64,000 bases of DNA from Octopus vulgaris (Eukaryota): contig OX597823.1 of assembly GCA_951406725.2 (NCBI GenBank), forward strand, positions 78,802,001 through 78,866,000, given 5' to 3'. A program made the translations under genes and the position numbers. Each line of letters opens with the position of its first letter. Positions within the stretch are counted from its first letter, which is position 1. The notes beneath the pieces were generated by a model. The model was not told the DNA's origin. It saw only the letters and a list, made by a program, of their open reading frames with translations, and did no database searches. Below are positions 27,540 to 43,652 of this stretch, piece by piece.

Positions 27540-27741
27540 ACTGGTTTCAAATTTTGCCACAAACTCAGCAGTTTTGGGGGAGGGGATGAGTCGGTTACAC
27601 CAACTCCAGTCTTCAAATGGTGCTTATTTTATCGACCCCGAAAATTTGAACTCAGTAGAATTTGAACTCAGAACGTAGCGACGGTCCAAATACCGCTAAG
27701 AATTTCGGCCAGCGCGCTAATGATTCTGCCAGCTCGTCGCC
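27540..27741 (-). mobile_element. Meta/MESC-like SINE, deleted copy within (AAT)n
   Basis: Reverse complement GGCGACGAGCTGGCAGAATC...GAGTTCAAATT...GGGGTCGATAAAATAAG. Confidence 0.7.
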
Positions 27742-27799
<58 letters not shown>

Positions 27800-27800
27800 T

Positions 27801-27872
<72 letters not shown>

Positions 27873-28375
27873 TTGGAAGTGTTATCATGTACGTTGTTTT
27901 GTCTTGGTATAAAAGATGGGCTACAGCAAATATTCTGCTCAATACCACAGATTTGCTTGTCAGTTGTTTGACCTTAACCAGTTGAGCATGTCCCTTAGTG
28001 GCTGACGCTATGTGCGTCTCTGATCACGAGCAGAAGTAGTGGGGGAGCATCATAGCCAAGTGTTGAGAGGGATTCTTTGGGGTTTGAATAGTTCACCTCT
28101 GGAAACATGGGTGGTTCTTTCAACATCCTTAAACAACCCTTATTCAGGGACCGTTTGAGCGGGATGGGCTACTCAACCTGAAGAAAATACTAACTGGGCC
28201 CCACCTGCAAGGTCATGTGCTGTTTATCTTGATATGAGATCACCATGTCGCGCACATATGGTTGTGATGCATGTGCCTGGTGTACCTTTATCAGACGGGT
28301 AGTCATGATGGGTATATTGGGCTTAGTATATTTTACCCCAGTGTCACTTTGATGGCATGAACTGCTCTCTCACTC
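27873..28375 (+). mobile_element. Element X, 5'-truncated copy
   Basis: Starts at the same TTGGAAGTG point as the 9746 copy. (AAT)n on both sides. Confidence 0.85.
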
Positions 28376-28448
<73 letters not shown>

Positions 28449-28497
28449 GTGAGACTTGGAGCCAACTTGTACAAATATAAACAAAAGTCAAACATAG
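28449..28497 (+). mobile_element. 49-bp 3' tip of Dong family B
   Basis: Matches ~31953-32002. Embedded in (AAT)n. Confidence 0.85.
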
Positions 28498-28522
28498 AAT
28501 AATAATAATAATAATAATAATG

Positions 28523-28564
<42 letters not shown>

Positions 28565-28629
28565 TTAATAATAATAATAATAATAATAATAAAAATAATA
28601 ATAATAATAATAACAATAATAACAATAAC

Positions 28630-32145
<3,516 letters not shown>

Positions 32146-32146
32146 T

Positions 32147-32393
32147 AAACAGAAACAATGCATTAGGCATGATAAAAAATATTCAGACAAATATATAACA
32201 AAAACACCAGGACTTACAAACACATATAACATACAGAAAATTGCACTACTAGGCACTGCACACATCCTACGCAAAACACATTCAATTCAGTAACCATCAG
32301 AGCATCATCACAACAAATCACAGCACATGCCCAAAGCACACAGAGCTGTGCTCGGTAGAAAAGTGAAGGCACGTTATAAAAATAAAACTACTG
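32147..32393 (+). mobile_element. 3' tip of Dong family A
   Basis: Matches ~27183-27443. In (AAT)n. Confidence 0.9.
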
Positions 32394-32403
32394 AATGATA
32401 ATG

Positions 32404-32461
<58 letters not shown>

Positions 32462-32472
32462 TGATGATGATG

Positions 32473-32531
<59 letters not shown>

Positions 32532-32549
32532 TTAATAATAATAATAATG

Positions 32550-32605
<56 letters not shown>

Positions 32606-32609
<4 letters not shown>

Positions 32610-33164
32610 CCCTGATGCAGTACCAGGCAGTGGCTCTCATGGCTTCTGATCTTAACTGATTGGAAGTGTTATCATGTACATTGTTTTGTCTTGGTATAAA
32701 AGATGAGCTACAGCAAATATTCTGCTCAATACCACAGATTTGCTTGTCAGTTGTTTGACCTTAACCAGTTGAGCATGTCCCTTAGTGGCTGACGATATGT
32801 GCATCTCTGATCATGAGCAGAAGTAGTGGGGGAGTATCATAGCCATGTGTTGAGAGGGATTCTTTGGGGTTTGAATGATTCACCTGTGGAAACATGGGAG
32901 TTTCATTCAACATCCTTAAACAACCCTTATTCAGGGACCTTTTGAGCGGGACGGGTTACTCGACTAGAAGAAAATTCTAACTGAGCCCCATCTGCAACGT
33001 CATGTACTGTTTATATTGATATGAGATCACCATGATGCGCACATATGGTTGTGATGCATGTACCTAGTGTACCCTCTTATCAAATGGGTAGTCATGATGG
33101 GTATATTGGGTTTCGTATGTTTTATTCCAGTGTCACTTTGATGGCATGCACTGCTCTCTCACTC
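32606..33164 (+). mobile_element. Element X, full-length
   Basis: AATGCCCTGATGCAGTACC start and CTCTCACTC-(AAT)n end. Confidence 0.85.
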
Positions 33165-33211
<47 letters not shown>

Positions 33212-33228
33212 TGATGATGATGATAATA

Positions 33229-33753
33229 GCTCTCATGACCTGAGATCTTAACAGATTGGATATGTTATCACGGATATGTTTTGTCTTGGTATAAAAGATG
33301 GGCTACAGCAAATATTCTGCTCAGCACCACAGATTTGCTTGTCAGTTGCTTGACCCTAACCAATTCAGCTTGACCGTTGGTGGTTGACGATATGTGCATC
33401 TCTGATCACGAGCAGAGTTAATGGGGGAGCATCATAGCCATGTGTTGAGAGGGATTCTTTGGGGTTTGGATAATTCACCTCTTAAAACATGGGTGCTTCG
33501 TTCAAAATTCTTAAACAGCCCTTACTCACGGACTTTTTGAGCGGTAAGGGCTACGTGACGCGAAGAAAATTCTAACAGGGCCCCACCTGCAAGGTCATGT
33601 GCTGTTAATCTTAATATGAGATTATCATGTCGCGCAGATATTGTTGTGATGCATGTGTCTGTTGTACACTAATCAGACGGGTAGTCATGATGGGTATATT
33701 GAGCTTCGTATATTTTACCCCAGTATCACTTTGATGGTAAGCATTATTCTCTC
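33229..33753 (+). mobile_element. Element X, older divergent copy
   Basis: Colinear with 32634-33164, with many substitutions. AAT tail. Confidence 0.8.
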
Positions 33754-33922
33754 AATAATAATAATAATACCATCACACAGAGACATGGTTCAACTTGTTG
33801 GGCTGTGACGTCATTAATACTTTAAGATATACTATTGCATATATAGTACTTCAGTAAAGATACTGGTTCTGGTGCTATTTGTTGAGATACCTTTTTATAC
33901 ACTATTTATTAAGATAACAAAA

Positions 33923-34236
33923 GGCGCGTGGCTTACTGGTTAGGGCATTCGACTCACGATTGTAAGGTAGTGAGTTCAATTCCCAGCGACGCGTTGTGTC
34001 CTTGAGCAAGACACTTTATTTCACGTTGCTCCAGTCCACTCAGCTGGCAAAAATGAGTTGTACCTGTATTTCAAAGGGCCGGTCTTGTCACACTCTGTGT
34101 CACGCGGAATCTCCTTGGGAATTACGTTAGGGATACACGTATCTGTGGATTGCTTAGCCACTTGCACGATAATTTCACGAGCAAGCTGTTCCGTTGATTG
34201 TATCAGCTGGGACTCTCGTCGTCGTAACCGACGGAT
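33923..34236 (+). mobile_element. tRNA-derived SINE (CORE-like GTGTCCTTGAGCAAGACACTT block)
   Basis: A box TGGCTTACTGG and B box GAGTTCAATTCC. 3' half shared with 47000-47175. Degenerate relatives at ~48710-49010 and 60567-60720. Confidence 0.8.
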
Positions 34237-34767
34237 TGCTTCTATTAAGATAACATTGGGTTGTGTCCTGAAAGAAATACCTCTGGAAACTCGAGACTTT
34301 TCAAAGTCTAGGTTTTGGAATCTTTTATCTATCTTTAGGGGTCTGTTGCATAGAATTGAATCTGAATCTCTCATACTAACTTTCTAAGTTCATGAGATTT
34401 AAGTAACCATGACCGAATGCTTTATTAAATTCAGAAGGCTCATAAAAGTAATCGTCTGAAGAAACATGTGCCCCATATAGATTCTCACCTCTTTTCTTTA
34501 ATAGTGATAAATCAAGAATTCTATGTAATATTCATATTAGCTTCAACCACAATCTTAATTACAAGAAAAGTAGCTAGTTCTAAAATACTGATCCAGTCAA
34601 ATCGCTAGATTTTAGGTGTTCGCTTCCCTAATCGCAATATATCGGACACAGGTTGCATCATTAATCAGCAGGTGGAATTTGTCTCTTGAGGTCAGAAAAG
34701 AGTAGTAACGTTGTTCTGTACGGAGCAGCCATGTTGAGGTGGCAAAACATTGCTTTTCAATTTTAAA

Positions 34768-35090
34768 TCATCATCGTTTAACGTCCATTTTCCATGCTAG
34801 CATGGGTTGGACGGTTCGACCGGGGTCTGGGAAGCCAGGAAGCTGCACCAGGCTCCAGTCTAATCTGGCAGTGTTTCTACAGCTGGATGCCCTTCCTAAC
34901 GCCAGCCACTCCGTAAGTGTAGTGGGTGCTTTTTATGTGCCACCGGCACAGGTGCCAGGGGAGGCTGGCAACGATCACGATCGGTTGGTGCTTTTTACGT
35001 GTCACCATCACGGAAGCCAGTCAAGGCGGCGCTGGCATCGGCCACGTACGGATGGTGCTTTTTACGTGCCACCGGCAGAGGTGCCAGGGG
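34768..35090 (-). mobile_element. RTE-associated SINE/repeat with internal ~45-bp subrepeats
   Basis: Reverse complement GGCGTTAGGAAGGGCATCCAGCTGTAGAAA ... GGACGTTAAACGATGATG. Three GGTGCTTTT(T)A[CT]GTG units. Confidence 0.6.
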
Positions 35091-36101
35091 AGAGTTGCAC
35101 CAATAAAATTAATATCAATTAATTTGTTGTCTATTGAAGCCAAATATTAAATAATAAATCGAATACAGTATTCTTTGCCTTACAGCAGTTCGCTTCTTTG
35201 CTGCATTAATCGACTCTTTGCAGAATATATGAACTGGTTTGTTTGCTTCAATATACCAACAACCTAAAAATTACAATGATTTAATAATAGCGTTGTAAAC
35301 TATCTTTTAATTTCACTCATAAATGTATTGAATAAGGATGTAACAAATTTACCTGAATAAATATCTATGAGAAGACTATATCTATAACCACACTAAGAAA
35401 TTAGGAATGCCTTTGAAATATTACTTTCTATGCCGTTTATAACATTTAGCCTTGGAATGTCATCAATTTCCATCATCAAATGTTATGATGTGAGGACTAT
35501 CTCTTACTACATCATCTCCATCTATTTAAATAGCCTTCAAGTTGATCCCCAGCTCTCTAGTTTGATTGAATATAAATGTAAAAGGAAACAGCAGTTAATA
35601 ACTTTCAGATTCTTGCATCTAAAATCAATTCCGTCATCAACATTATGTGTTGAATGTTAGACTATAATTTCCTGTTTCTTCAACTGACTTTGTCCAGTAT
35701 CGCTGTCTTTCAATTTAATCTGTTATAACCATTCTACAATTACCATTTATTTCTTCCTTCATGAAGTGTCATATTCTTGGATATGTATATAACACCAATA
35801 CTACATTTGAACTATAAATCCTTTGCCTCTAATTTAAAAGCAATAATGCTCATATCCACGGTGCCAAACGATGGCGTTTTATGAAGGTCGAAATCTTAGA
35901 AATATAAATCAAATTCACAGTTTAAAGGGGGAAAAAACAACACTCACATACAAGGATATACTTCCAGCTAAACTATTTTATATAAAATAAACTACATAAA
36001 AAGTAAAGTTAAGCGCCAATCTAAGTGGCTGCTCCATGATACTATTAGTTTAACCACAGGCAAATCTTCCACCAACTGGTTATCGGTGCAGCACTGCACC
36101 C

Positions 36102-36188
<87 letters not shown>

Positions 36189-36214
36189 GCATGTATGTAT
36201 GTATATATCCTTAA

Positions 36215-36400
36215 ATCCTTAAAAATGTTTCAGCCCGAAAACTGTGGTCATGCTGGGGCACCACCGTTGAATGAGCTACACTAGTATGTGAAACCACCTC
36301 TGATACGTGGCACTTGGTCAACAGGGGAGTTCGACGCCGCTGCCCGCATCTGTGTTTCCTGCCGAGAGGTAGGTTCATCTGGAACCCCTTGACAAGAAGA
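36215..36400 (-). mobile_element. CR1/Jockey-group LINE 3' tip
   Basis: GVPDEPTSRQE peptide shared with 54060-54505. Ends in GGTGCCCCAGCATGACCACAG. Confidence 0.65.
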
Positions 36401-36402
36401 GA

Positions 36403-36464
<62 letters not shown>

Positions 36465-36994
36465 TGCCAATATATGTACAGGGTGCAGTTTTGCACCGAT
36501 AACCAGCAGTTGGCGGAAGATTTACCTGGGGTTAAACTAGTAGTAACATAGAACAGCCATTTTGATGTGGTGATTAACTTTATTTGTTGGCATAGTTACT
36601 ACTCTCATGTCTTCTTAAGATTCTACAACAAACTACAGAATAGTTGTCTGAATGCCTTTATAAGAAACTCGCTTGATTAGCGTTCACTTCGAGTTAAACA
36701 ACAGCAACAGTTCGAGCAGACACGACCTCTTTGTTCATTCATCTTTTCTTCTACTACAACTGAAGGCAAACGCATTGCACGACTTATCTAGATAATTGTG
36801 ACTCAACGTCACAATCATTCGCGGTGATCTATATAAGAATGCAAATCTCATTAACATCGTGCAAAAATACTTATTCGAATTCTAATTGATTTCTAATTAA
36901 TAAAAAAAATGTCTCCCTTGAAATAAATATTTGAAGTTTTGCTACTTGGAACATCGGCCACAAAAGAGTTCATGAGTTCACTGAATAGGAAAAG

Positions 36995-38400
36995 GTAGAT
37001 GATGACGACGAGGGACGACAATGATGATATTGGTGGTGATGACATCAGCGATAATGATGACGATATGACGAGGACAACGACGACGACGACGACGAAGAAG
37101 AAGAAGAAGAAGAGGAAGAAGAAGAAGGAGAAGGAGAAGGAGAAGTAGAACAAGAAGAAGTAGAAGAAGAGGAAGAAGAAGGAGAAGGAGAAGGAGAAGT
37201 AGAACAAGAAGAAGTAGAAGAAGAGGAAGAAGAAGAAGGAGAAGGAGAAGGAGAAGTAGAACAAGAAGAAGTAGAAGAAGAGGAAGAAGAAGGAGAAGGA
37301 GAAGGAGAAGTAGAACAAGAAGAAGTAGAAGAAGAGGAAGAAGAAGAAGGAGAAGGAGAAGGAGAAGTAGAACAAGAAGAAGTAGAAGAAGAGGAAGAAG
37401 AAGAAGGATAAGGAGGAGAAATAGAACAAGAAGAAGTAGAAGAAGAGGAAGAGGAAGTAGAAGAAGAGGAAGAAGAAGAGGAAGAAGAAGAAGAGGTAGA
37501 AAAAGTAGAAGAGGAAGGAGAAGAAGAGGTAGAAAAAGTAGAAGAAGGAGAAGAGGTAGAAGAAGAAGGAGAAGAAGAAGACGAAGAAGAAGAAGGGGAA
37601 GGAGAAGAGGAAGAAGAAGAAGAAGTAGTAGAAGAAGTAGAGGGAGAAGAAGTAGAAGAAGAAGAAGAAGTAGAAGACGAAGAAGTAGAAGAAGAAGTAG
37701 AAGAAGTAGAAGAAGAAGAAGTAGAAGAAGAAGTAGAAGAAGAAGAAGTAGAAGAAGAAGAAGTAGAAGAAGAAGAAGTAGAAGTAGTAGAAAAAGAGGT
37801 AGAAGAAGTAGAAGAAGAAGAAGGAGAAGAAGAAGTAGAAGAAGAAGTAGGAGAAGAAGAAGTAGAGGAGTAGAAGAAGAAGTAGAAAAGGAGGTAGAAG
37901 AAGTAGAAGAAGAAGAAGGAGAAGGAGAAGTAGAAAAAGAGGTAGAAGAAGTAGAAGAAGAAGAAGGAGAAGTAGAAGAAGAAGAAGTAGAAGAAGAAGT
38001 AGAAGAAGAAGAAGTAGAAAAAGAGGTAGAAGAAGTAGAAGAAAAAAAGGAGAAGAAGAAGGAGAAGAAGAAGTAGAAGAAGAAGAAGAAGAAGTAGAAG
38101 AAGAAGAAGGAGAAGAAGAGGAGAAGAAGAAGAAGGAGAAGAAGAAGGAGGAGAAGAAGGAGAAGAAGAGAAGGAGAAGAAGAAGAAGAAGAAGTAGAAG
38201 AAGAAGAAGGAGAAGAAGAGGAGAAGAAGAAGAAGGAGAAGAAGAAGGAGAAGAAGAAGGAGAAGAAGAAGGAGAAGAAGAAGAAGAAGAAGCAGGAGAA
38301 GAAGAAGGAGAAGAAGAAGAAGAAGAAGAAGGAGAAGAAGAAGAAGAAGAAGAAGGAGAAGGAGAAGGAGAAGGAGAAGAAGAAGAAGTAGAAGAGGAAA
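36995..38400. repeat. ~1.4-kb purine-rich compound trinucleotide tract (GAT>GAC>GAA/GGA/GTA) with 57-60-bp higher-order units
   Basis: Read directly. Unit GAAGAAGGAGAAGGAGAAGGAGAAGTAGAACAAGAAGAAGTAGAAGAAGAG repeats ~6 times at ~37110-37450. Confidence 0.95.
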
Positions 38401-38539
38401 CTAGTATAACAAATTGGCGCAGACAACCAGCTGGGCGAACATTTTGCTTCTTAGTTGAGCTATTACAGAAAACATTAGAATCGAATTAAGCTGCGGAGTT
38501 TAGAAAGAAACTGTGCGTAAAAGCTGTTGCACATATATA

Positions 38540-38865
38540 TATCACCTTGATCACCTTGACCGACCAGTCCGTCAGGCGTCCATTTGACACCGCTGTACAC
38601 TCCTCTCTGGATCGCGCCTTTCTCATCCACGTGATCCCAATCGTCCTCCTGAAATCGTAACTCCACCGTCGTGGAGGTCTTCCGGGTGGTCTTTTCCGCT
38701 CACCACTCGACGACTGCGTGCGTCCACCGATTATCGGTGAGCCGGGCGACGATTCCAGCGCATCTATACTTGCTGCGTGTATACTCTGCGATGACATCTC
38801 TCACGCCGGACTTCTTTCTGATGATCTTGCTACTTATGTGCTCTCTCAACGAGATACCAAGCATT
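38540..38865 (-). mobile_element. RTE LINE 3' fragment
   Basis: IRKKSGVRDVI...AGIVARLTDNRWTHAVVEW and RKRPPGRPPRRW. Confidence 0.8.
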
Positions 38866-38913
38866 TGGTATCTTGGTATGCTTGGTACATATATATATAT
38901 ATATATATATATA

Positions 38914-39173
38914 TGTTCGTTCCTACTTGAGCCACGCCTGTTTCCCGTTTTGCTTGGTGTATAGGATTCCCCTCCTGTACGGGACGCTGGTCCATCGCAG
39001 GTGAGCTGCAAGATGCAAGAGTGAGAGAAAGTTGTGGCGAAAGAGTCAGCAGAAGTTTCGCAATTACCTTCTGCCGGAGCCGCGTGGAGCTTAGGTGTTT
39101 CGCTCATAAACACACTCATCGAACCCGCGATCACTCGACCGCGAGTCCGCTGCTCTAACCACTAGGCCATGTG

Positions 39174-39174
<1 letters not shown>
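38914..39174 (-). mobile_element. tRNA-derived SINE (shared head; tail type 2 with V-SINE-like CCTGCGATGGAC block)
   Basis: TGGCCTAGTGG A box, GGTTCGA B box, and AAACACCTAAGCTCCACGCGGCTCCGGCAG shared with 22812 and 46817. Confidence 0.75.
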
Positions 39175-39248
<74 letters not shown>

Positions 39249-39776
39249 TGTGTGTGTGTGTGGGGGGGGGGCGTGCGTGTTTGTGTATGTTTGATTACGT
39301 ATGTGTATTTGTATCCATGGATATACACCTATGTTTTAAGCAGCATTCTTTTATGACAAATGGTAACTCGGCCATTCGATATTTACAGATCAAGAAATTA
39401 ATTACAAAACCGAAGTAATCCCATTATCTGCCAGGAAATTAATCTGGCAATTTACGATTTTACCATCGTCTGTCTCATTATTTAGAATAATATTAATTTT
39501 TAATATTGGTAACGGAGTCAAACGTTTTTGCGGAGATTATAGTCATACCAAGCCGTCTGACACCGGCCCGTATTAGGATGCAAGATTTCAATTTTAAAGT
39601 AATCAGAAATTTAAACATTGTATTAATATTTCATGTTAATTTATGATCCAAACACCAGCTTAATAACAGGGCATTTTTATTATTTGCAAAATTAATTGAA
39701 ATATTGGCAGAGTATTCCAAAGTAAATGTAGCAAAAAGGTTATCGACTGCAGTACTGGACAATTAGATATTTTTCT

Positions 39777-40368
39777 ACCTATTTCTTTACTACCCACAAG
39801 GGGCTAAACACAGAGGAGACAAACAAGGACGGACAAACGGATTAAGTCGATTACATCGACTCCAGTGCGTAACTGGTTCTTATTTAATCGACCCCGAAAT
39901 AATGAAAGGCAAAGTCGACCTCGGCGGAATTTGAACTCAGAACGTAACGGCAGACGAAATACCTATTTCTTTACTACCCACAAAGGGCTAAACACAGAGA
40001 GGACAAACAAGGACGGACAAACGGATTAAGTCGATAACATCGACTCCAGTGTGTAACTGGTACTTAATTTATCGACCCCAAAATAATGAATGGCAAAGTC
40101 GACCTCGGCGGAATTTGAACTCAGAACGTAACGGCAGACGAAATATCTATTTCTTTACTACCCACAAGGGGCTAAACACAGAGAGGACAAACAAGGACAG
40201 ACAAACGGATTAAGTCGATTATATCGACCCCAGTGCGTAACTGGTACTTAATTTATCGACCTCGAAAAGATGAAAGGCAAAGTCGACCTCGGCGGAATTT
40301 GAACTCAGAACATAGCGGTAGCTAAGCATTTCGCCCGGCGTGCTAACGATTCTGCCAGCTCACCGCCT
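39777..40368 (-). mobile_element. Meta/MESC-like SINE trimer (one head, 184-bp period)
   Basis: Units start at 39777, 39961 and 40145. TTAGATATTTTTCTACCT is duplicated at 39763-39780 and 40389-40406. Confidence 0.9.
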
Positions 40369-41638
40369 TTAAAAAGTAAAATCGACACTTAGATATTTTT
40401 CTACCTTCACAAACCGGAAGAAGGACTAGCAACTTCAATACTAGTCGAATATGAATTCAGAACATAAATATTCGCAAAAGACAGACACTGGATGTTTTGT
40501 CTTTTATGCTACTGGATTTTATGAAACATTTTGAACGATTTTTTGTTAAAAGCATGAAGTCGCAAAAGAAAAAATTGTGCGTATGACACAGTGATAGAAT
40601 AATTAAGAAACTCACGTTTTAAAATCGCAGGAAGGTATATTTGTAGAATACTCGTACGCTGAAATGAAAGACAATCGGTAAATCATCTCATTATTTCATT
40701 AATAACTAGACCATCGAGGAGAGATTCTACACGATTTTTCGATCTGCTTGAAAGAGAAGTCAACGATTCTGCCAACTCGCCGTCTCGTAATCACTGAATA
40801 TTACAGAAAACTATCATTTATACGTCATCAGATTCAGGATATTACAGGAAAAGCTCTGCATATACTTATAAATTTGTTTTTTGATTGATTGATTGATTCT
40901 AGTTTCAGCTCATGAGCTGTGGCCATGCTGGGGCACCGCCACAAAAATATTGAATCACGGGAAAAAGTGGGGATTAAGCAGTAGAAGATGCGGGGGTCGA
41001 GGAGATCTCCGGCGGGACATCAGATGTTCCCAGACCCTGTACTGCCGATTTCTTCTGAAATGAGCCCCCACGAGATGGAGTGGTTGCCGCAGCGAGTGTC
41101 GTTGGTCATTCTCCGCGGCAACGTTGTATCGGTAACGTCCGTAGGGACGCGGTTAAATACGCTTATAATGTGAATAAAAAATGTCAGCTGTGCAAAACAT
41201 TTTATCACTCGTATTTAGAATTTTTTTTTACATTTGCTGAATTGACTATACTTATATATTAGTAATGAAGATAGTCTAGTTGTATATGCATTTAGCTGCT
41301 CACTATTTAAGGTTTTAGAAGGAACGAAAACCGAGCAGGCGAGTGAGCGAGCGGGGAGGCTCCCGGGTCGCGTGACGTAGAATAAAGACGATGTTAATTT
41401 TTCATGTCGTCACGAATTTTGTCACTAAGCGTGGCTGTGTTTTTGAGAAACTGTGTGATAGGGGTCAGTCATACAGCGCAGCAGTTATGGCAAGTGTCTT
41501 AAACTATAACCTGGGGCAACCAAAGCCTGATGAGTGGATTTGGTTGGTGGAAGCAGGATGAAGCCTGTCGTGTATATATATGTGTGTGAGTGTGTGTGTA
41601 TGCATGCATATATGCATACATACATACATATATATATG

Positions 41639-41714
<76 letters not shown>

Positions 41715-42377
41715 TTCAGTAAAAATTTTGATTCAAATGAATATGGTACTTAATTTAGATGCACCAGAATTTTGTATGGTGTTATCCATAAAAATCCGTG
41801 GGATGATTATAATCAAAATAAGCAACAAGAATGACTCCGGTAATTTGGTATGATCGTTTCGTACTACATCATTTTATTAAATGTTGTAAGTATTACAACA
41901 GATTTAAGATGCTGAGTACTCATCAGCCAATTATAGAGGTCTTCCATTAATACAAAAATGTTCAAATCAAGTGGCAACATTATAGAGAAGGTAGATATAT
42001 AGACAAAGATGAGGATTTAAATTTTAAGAACATATGAGGTAGTGGAGTCTCTCAACTGAATGACTAAGATTTGGTTGTTCCAGACTGCTGTAAGGTTGTG
42101 AGAGGGACAAATAAGTTGAAGGAAGTAATAAAGATTTTCTAATTATAGAAATGGGGTAGAGGGGGTTTCAGAACTCCATAAAAGGAATTCCCGTGGAAGA
42201 CAGCAATTGTCACTACTAAATGCCAGTTACTACTATTTGATGAGAGAACTAGGTCAATGTCAAGTGATCACAATCACATTCACAGAGAGTACAATTTGGA
42301 GAAAAAAAAAGGCTATCACTTATTACGAGTAGGCATAGTACTTTTTAACTGGGGGAAAACCTTACTAATCAGACGAA

Positions 42378-42418
<41 letters not shown>

Positions 42419-42422
<4 letters not shown>

Positions 42423-42627
42423 CGGGAAGCTTTATGAAAATAAACAAAAGACGAAGGCAGGTGGAATACAAACAACAATTGTATTAGTATGGCGCTCAGG
42501 AATATAAATAAAACAAGTCTTTTACGTTTCGAGCCTACGCGCTTCAACAGAAACATACACAGAAAAGGAACACGGGGAGAAACAAGGAGAGAAAAAAATG
42601 CGTGCAGAAGCTAGCGAATCAACATGG

Positions 42628-42630
<3 letters not shown>
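42419..42630 (-). mobile_element. ~210-bp (TA)n-embedded element with hammerhead-like motif, copy 1
   Basis: Reverse complement of 43653-43866. Confidence 0.75.
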
Positions 42631-42672
<42 letters not shown>

Positions 42673-42689
42673 TATATACATATATTGTG

Positions 42690-42910
42690 TGTGTGTTGTA
42701 TTTGTCCCCCACCAACATTTGACAACCGGTGTTGGTTTTTTACGTCCTCGTAACATAACGGTTCTGTAAAAGGTACCTAAAGACTAAGTACCACGCTTAA
42801 AAACAAGAGAAAGAAAAATGAGTACCTGGGGTCAATTTGTTCGACTGAACTTTATTCAAGGCAGTGCCCCAGCATGGCCATACTGCAATGACCTGAAACA
42901 AGTAAAATAT
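42690..42910 (+). mobile_element. SINE 3' half (CCAGCATGGCC tail family)
   Basis: Homologous to 45495-45690 and 59790-59990. Confidence 0.7.
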
Positions 42911-43614
42911 AACGATATGAAATTTCAGCACGTATTCAATACTTCTTGCTTTCATGCAATAATCCGGGCAATTTTATATGACAAAAATGGCGACGATGTT
43001 TAATTGAAATATATTTAGGAATATTTTAGCTGAAAGAAACTACACATAACAATTCCAGTTCATTAGCAGAGGATATTGTATCGTAAATGAAGTCCTTACA
43101 TATTAATTTAACAAAGTATAACTAGTTTAAGAGAATTACTATAATTAAGTGTCATGCTTATGGATATACTGCATATTAATGAGCAGTGGAGATGGTCGAT
43201 TCAGTCGGTAGCTGAAAACTTGGCAATAAGATCCTAACGCTTGAGAATAAACAATTAAATGGGAGAAGCGGTTAGAGATATTTTGAAGTTTTCATCTCTC
43301 TTAATTCAAGACGTTAATCAAATAAGTCCTTATTACCATAAATTTAGTTTCATTGCTGTTGATTTATATAGTCAAATGATTTAGTAAATTTTTGAAAGCG
43401 AATAGGAAATCATTGTTTGAGGTATGTACATACACGCATGCGTATATACATACATGTATACAAGTATACACAAATATATGTACATACATGTATATACACA
43501 CACACACACATACATACAAATATAACATATATACACATATATACAGACATTTTAGATATATACATATATACACACATATATATGTTCATGCATACACATA
43601 AATACATATATACA

Positions 43615-43652
<38 letters not shown>

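Noticed and set aside
32606-33753. Element X as telomerase RNA, 7SK, SRP or hammerhead retrozyme
   Set aside because: ACCCTAAC occurs only in the divergent copy (most others read ACCTTAAC). No H/ACA end and no 7SK or SRP termini. CTGATGC is not a hammerhead core, and I could not fit an HDV-like fold by eye.
36978-38426. 482-aa minus-strand ORF
   Set aside because: Translation of a (CTT)n-type repeat: poly-L/F/S with no domain.
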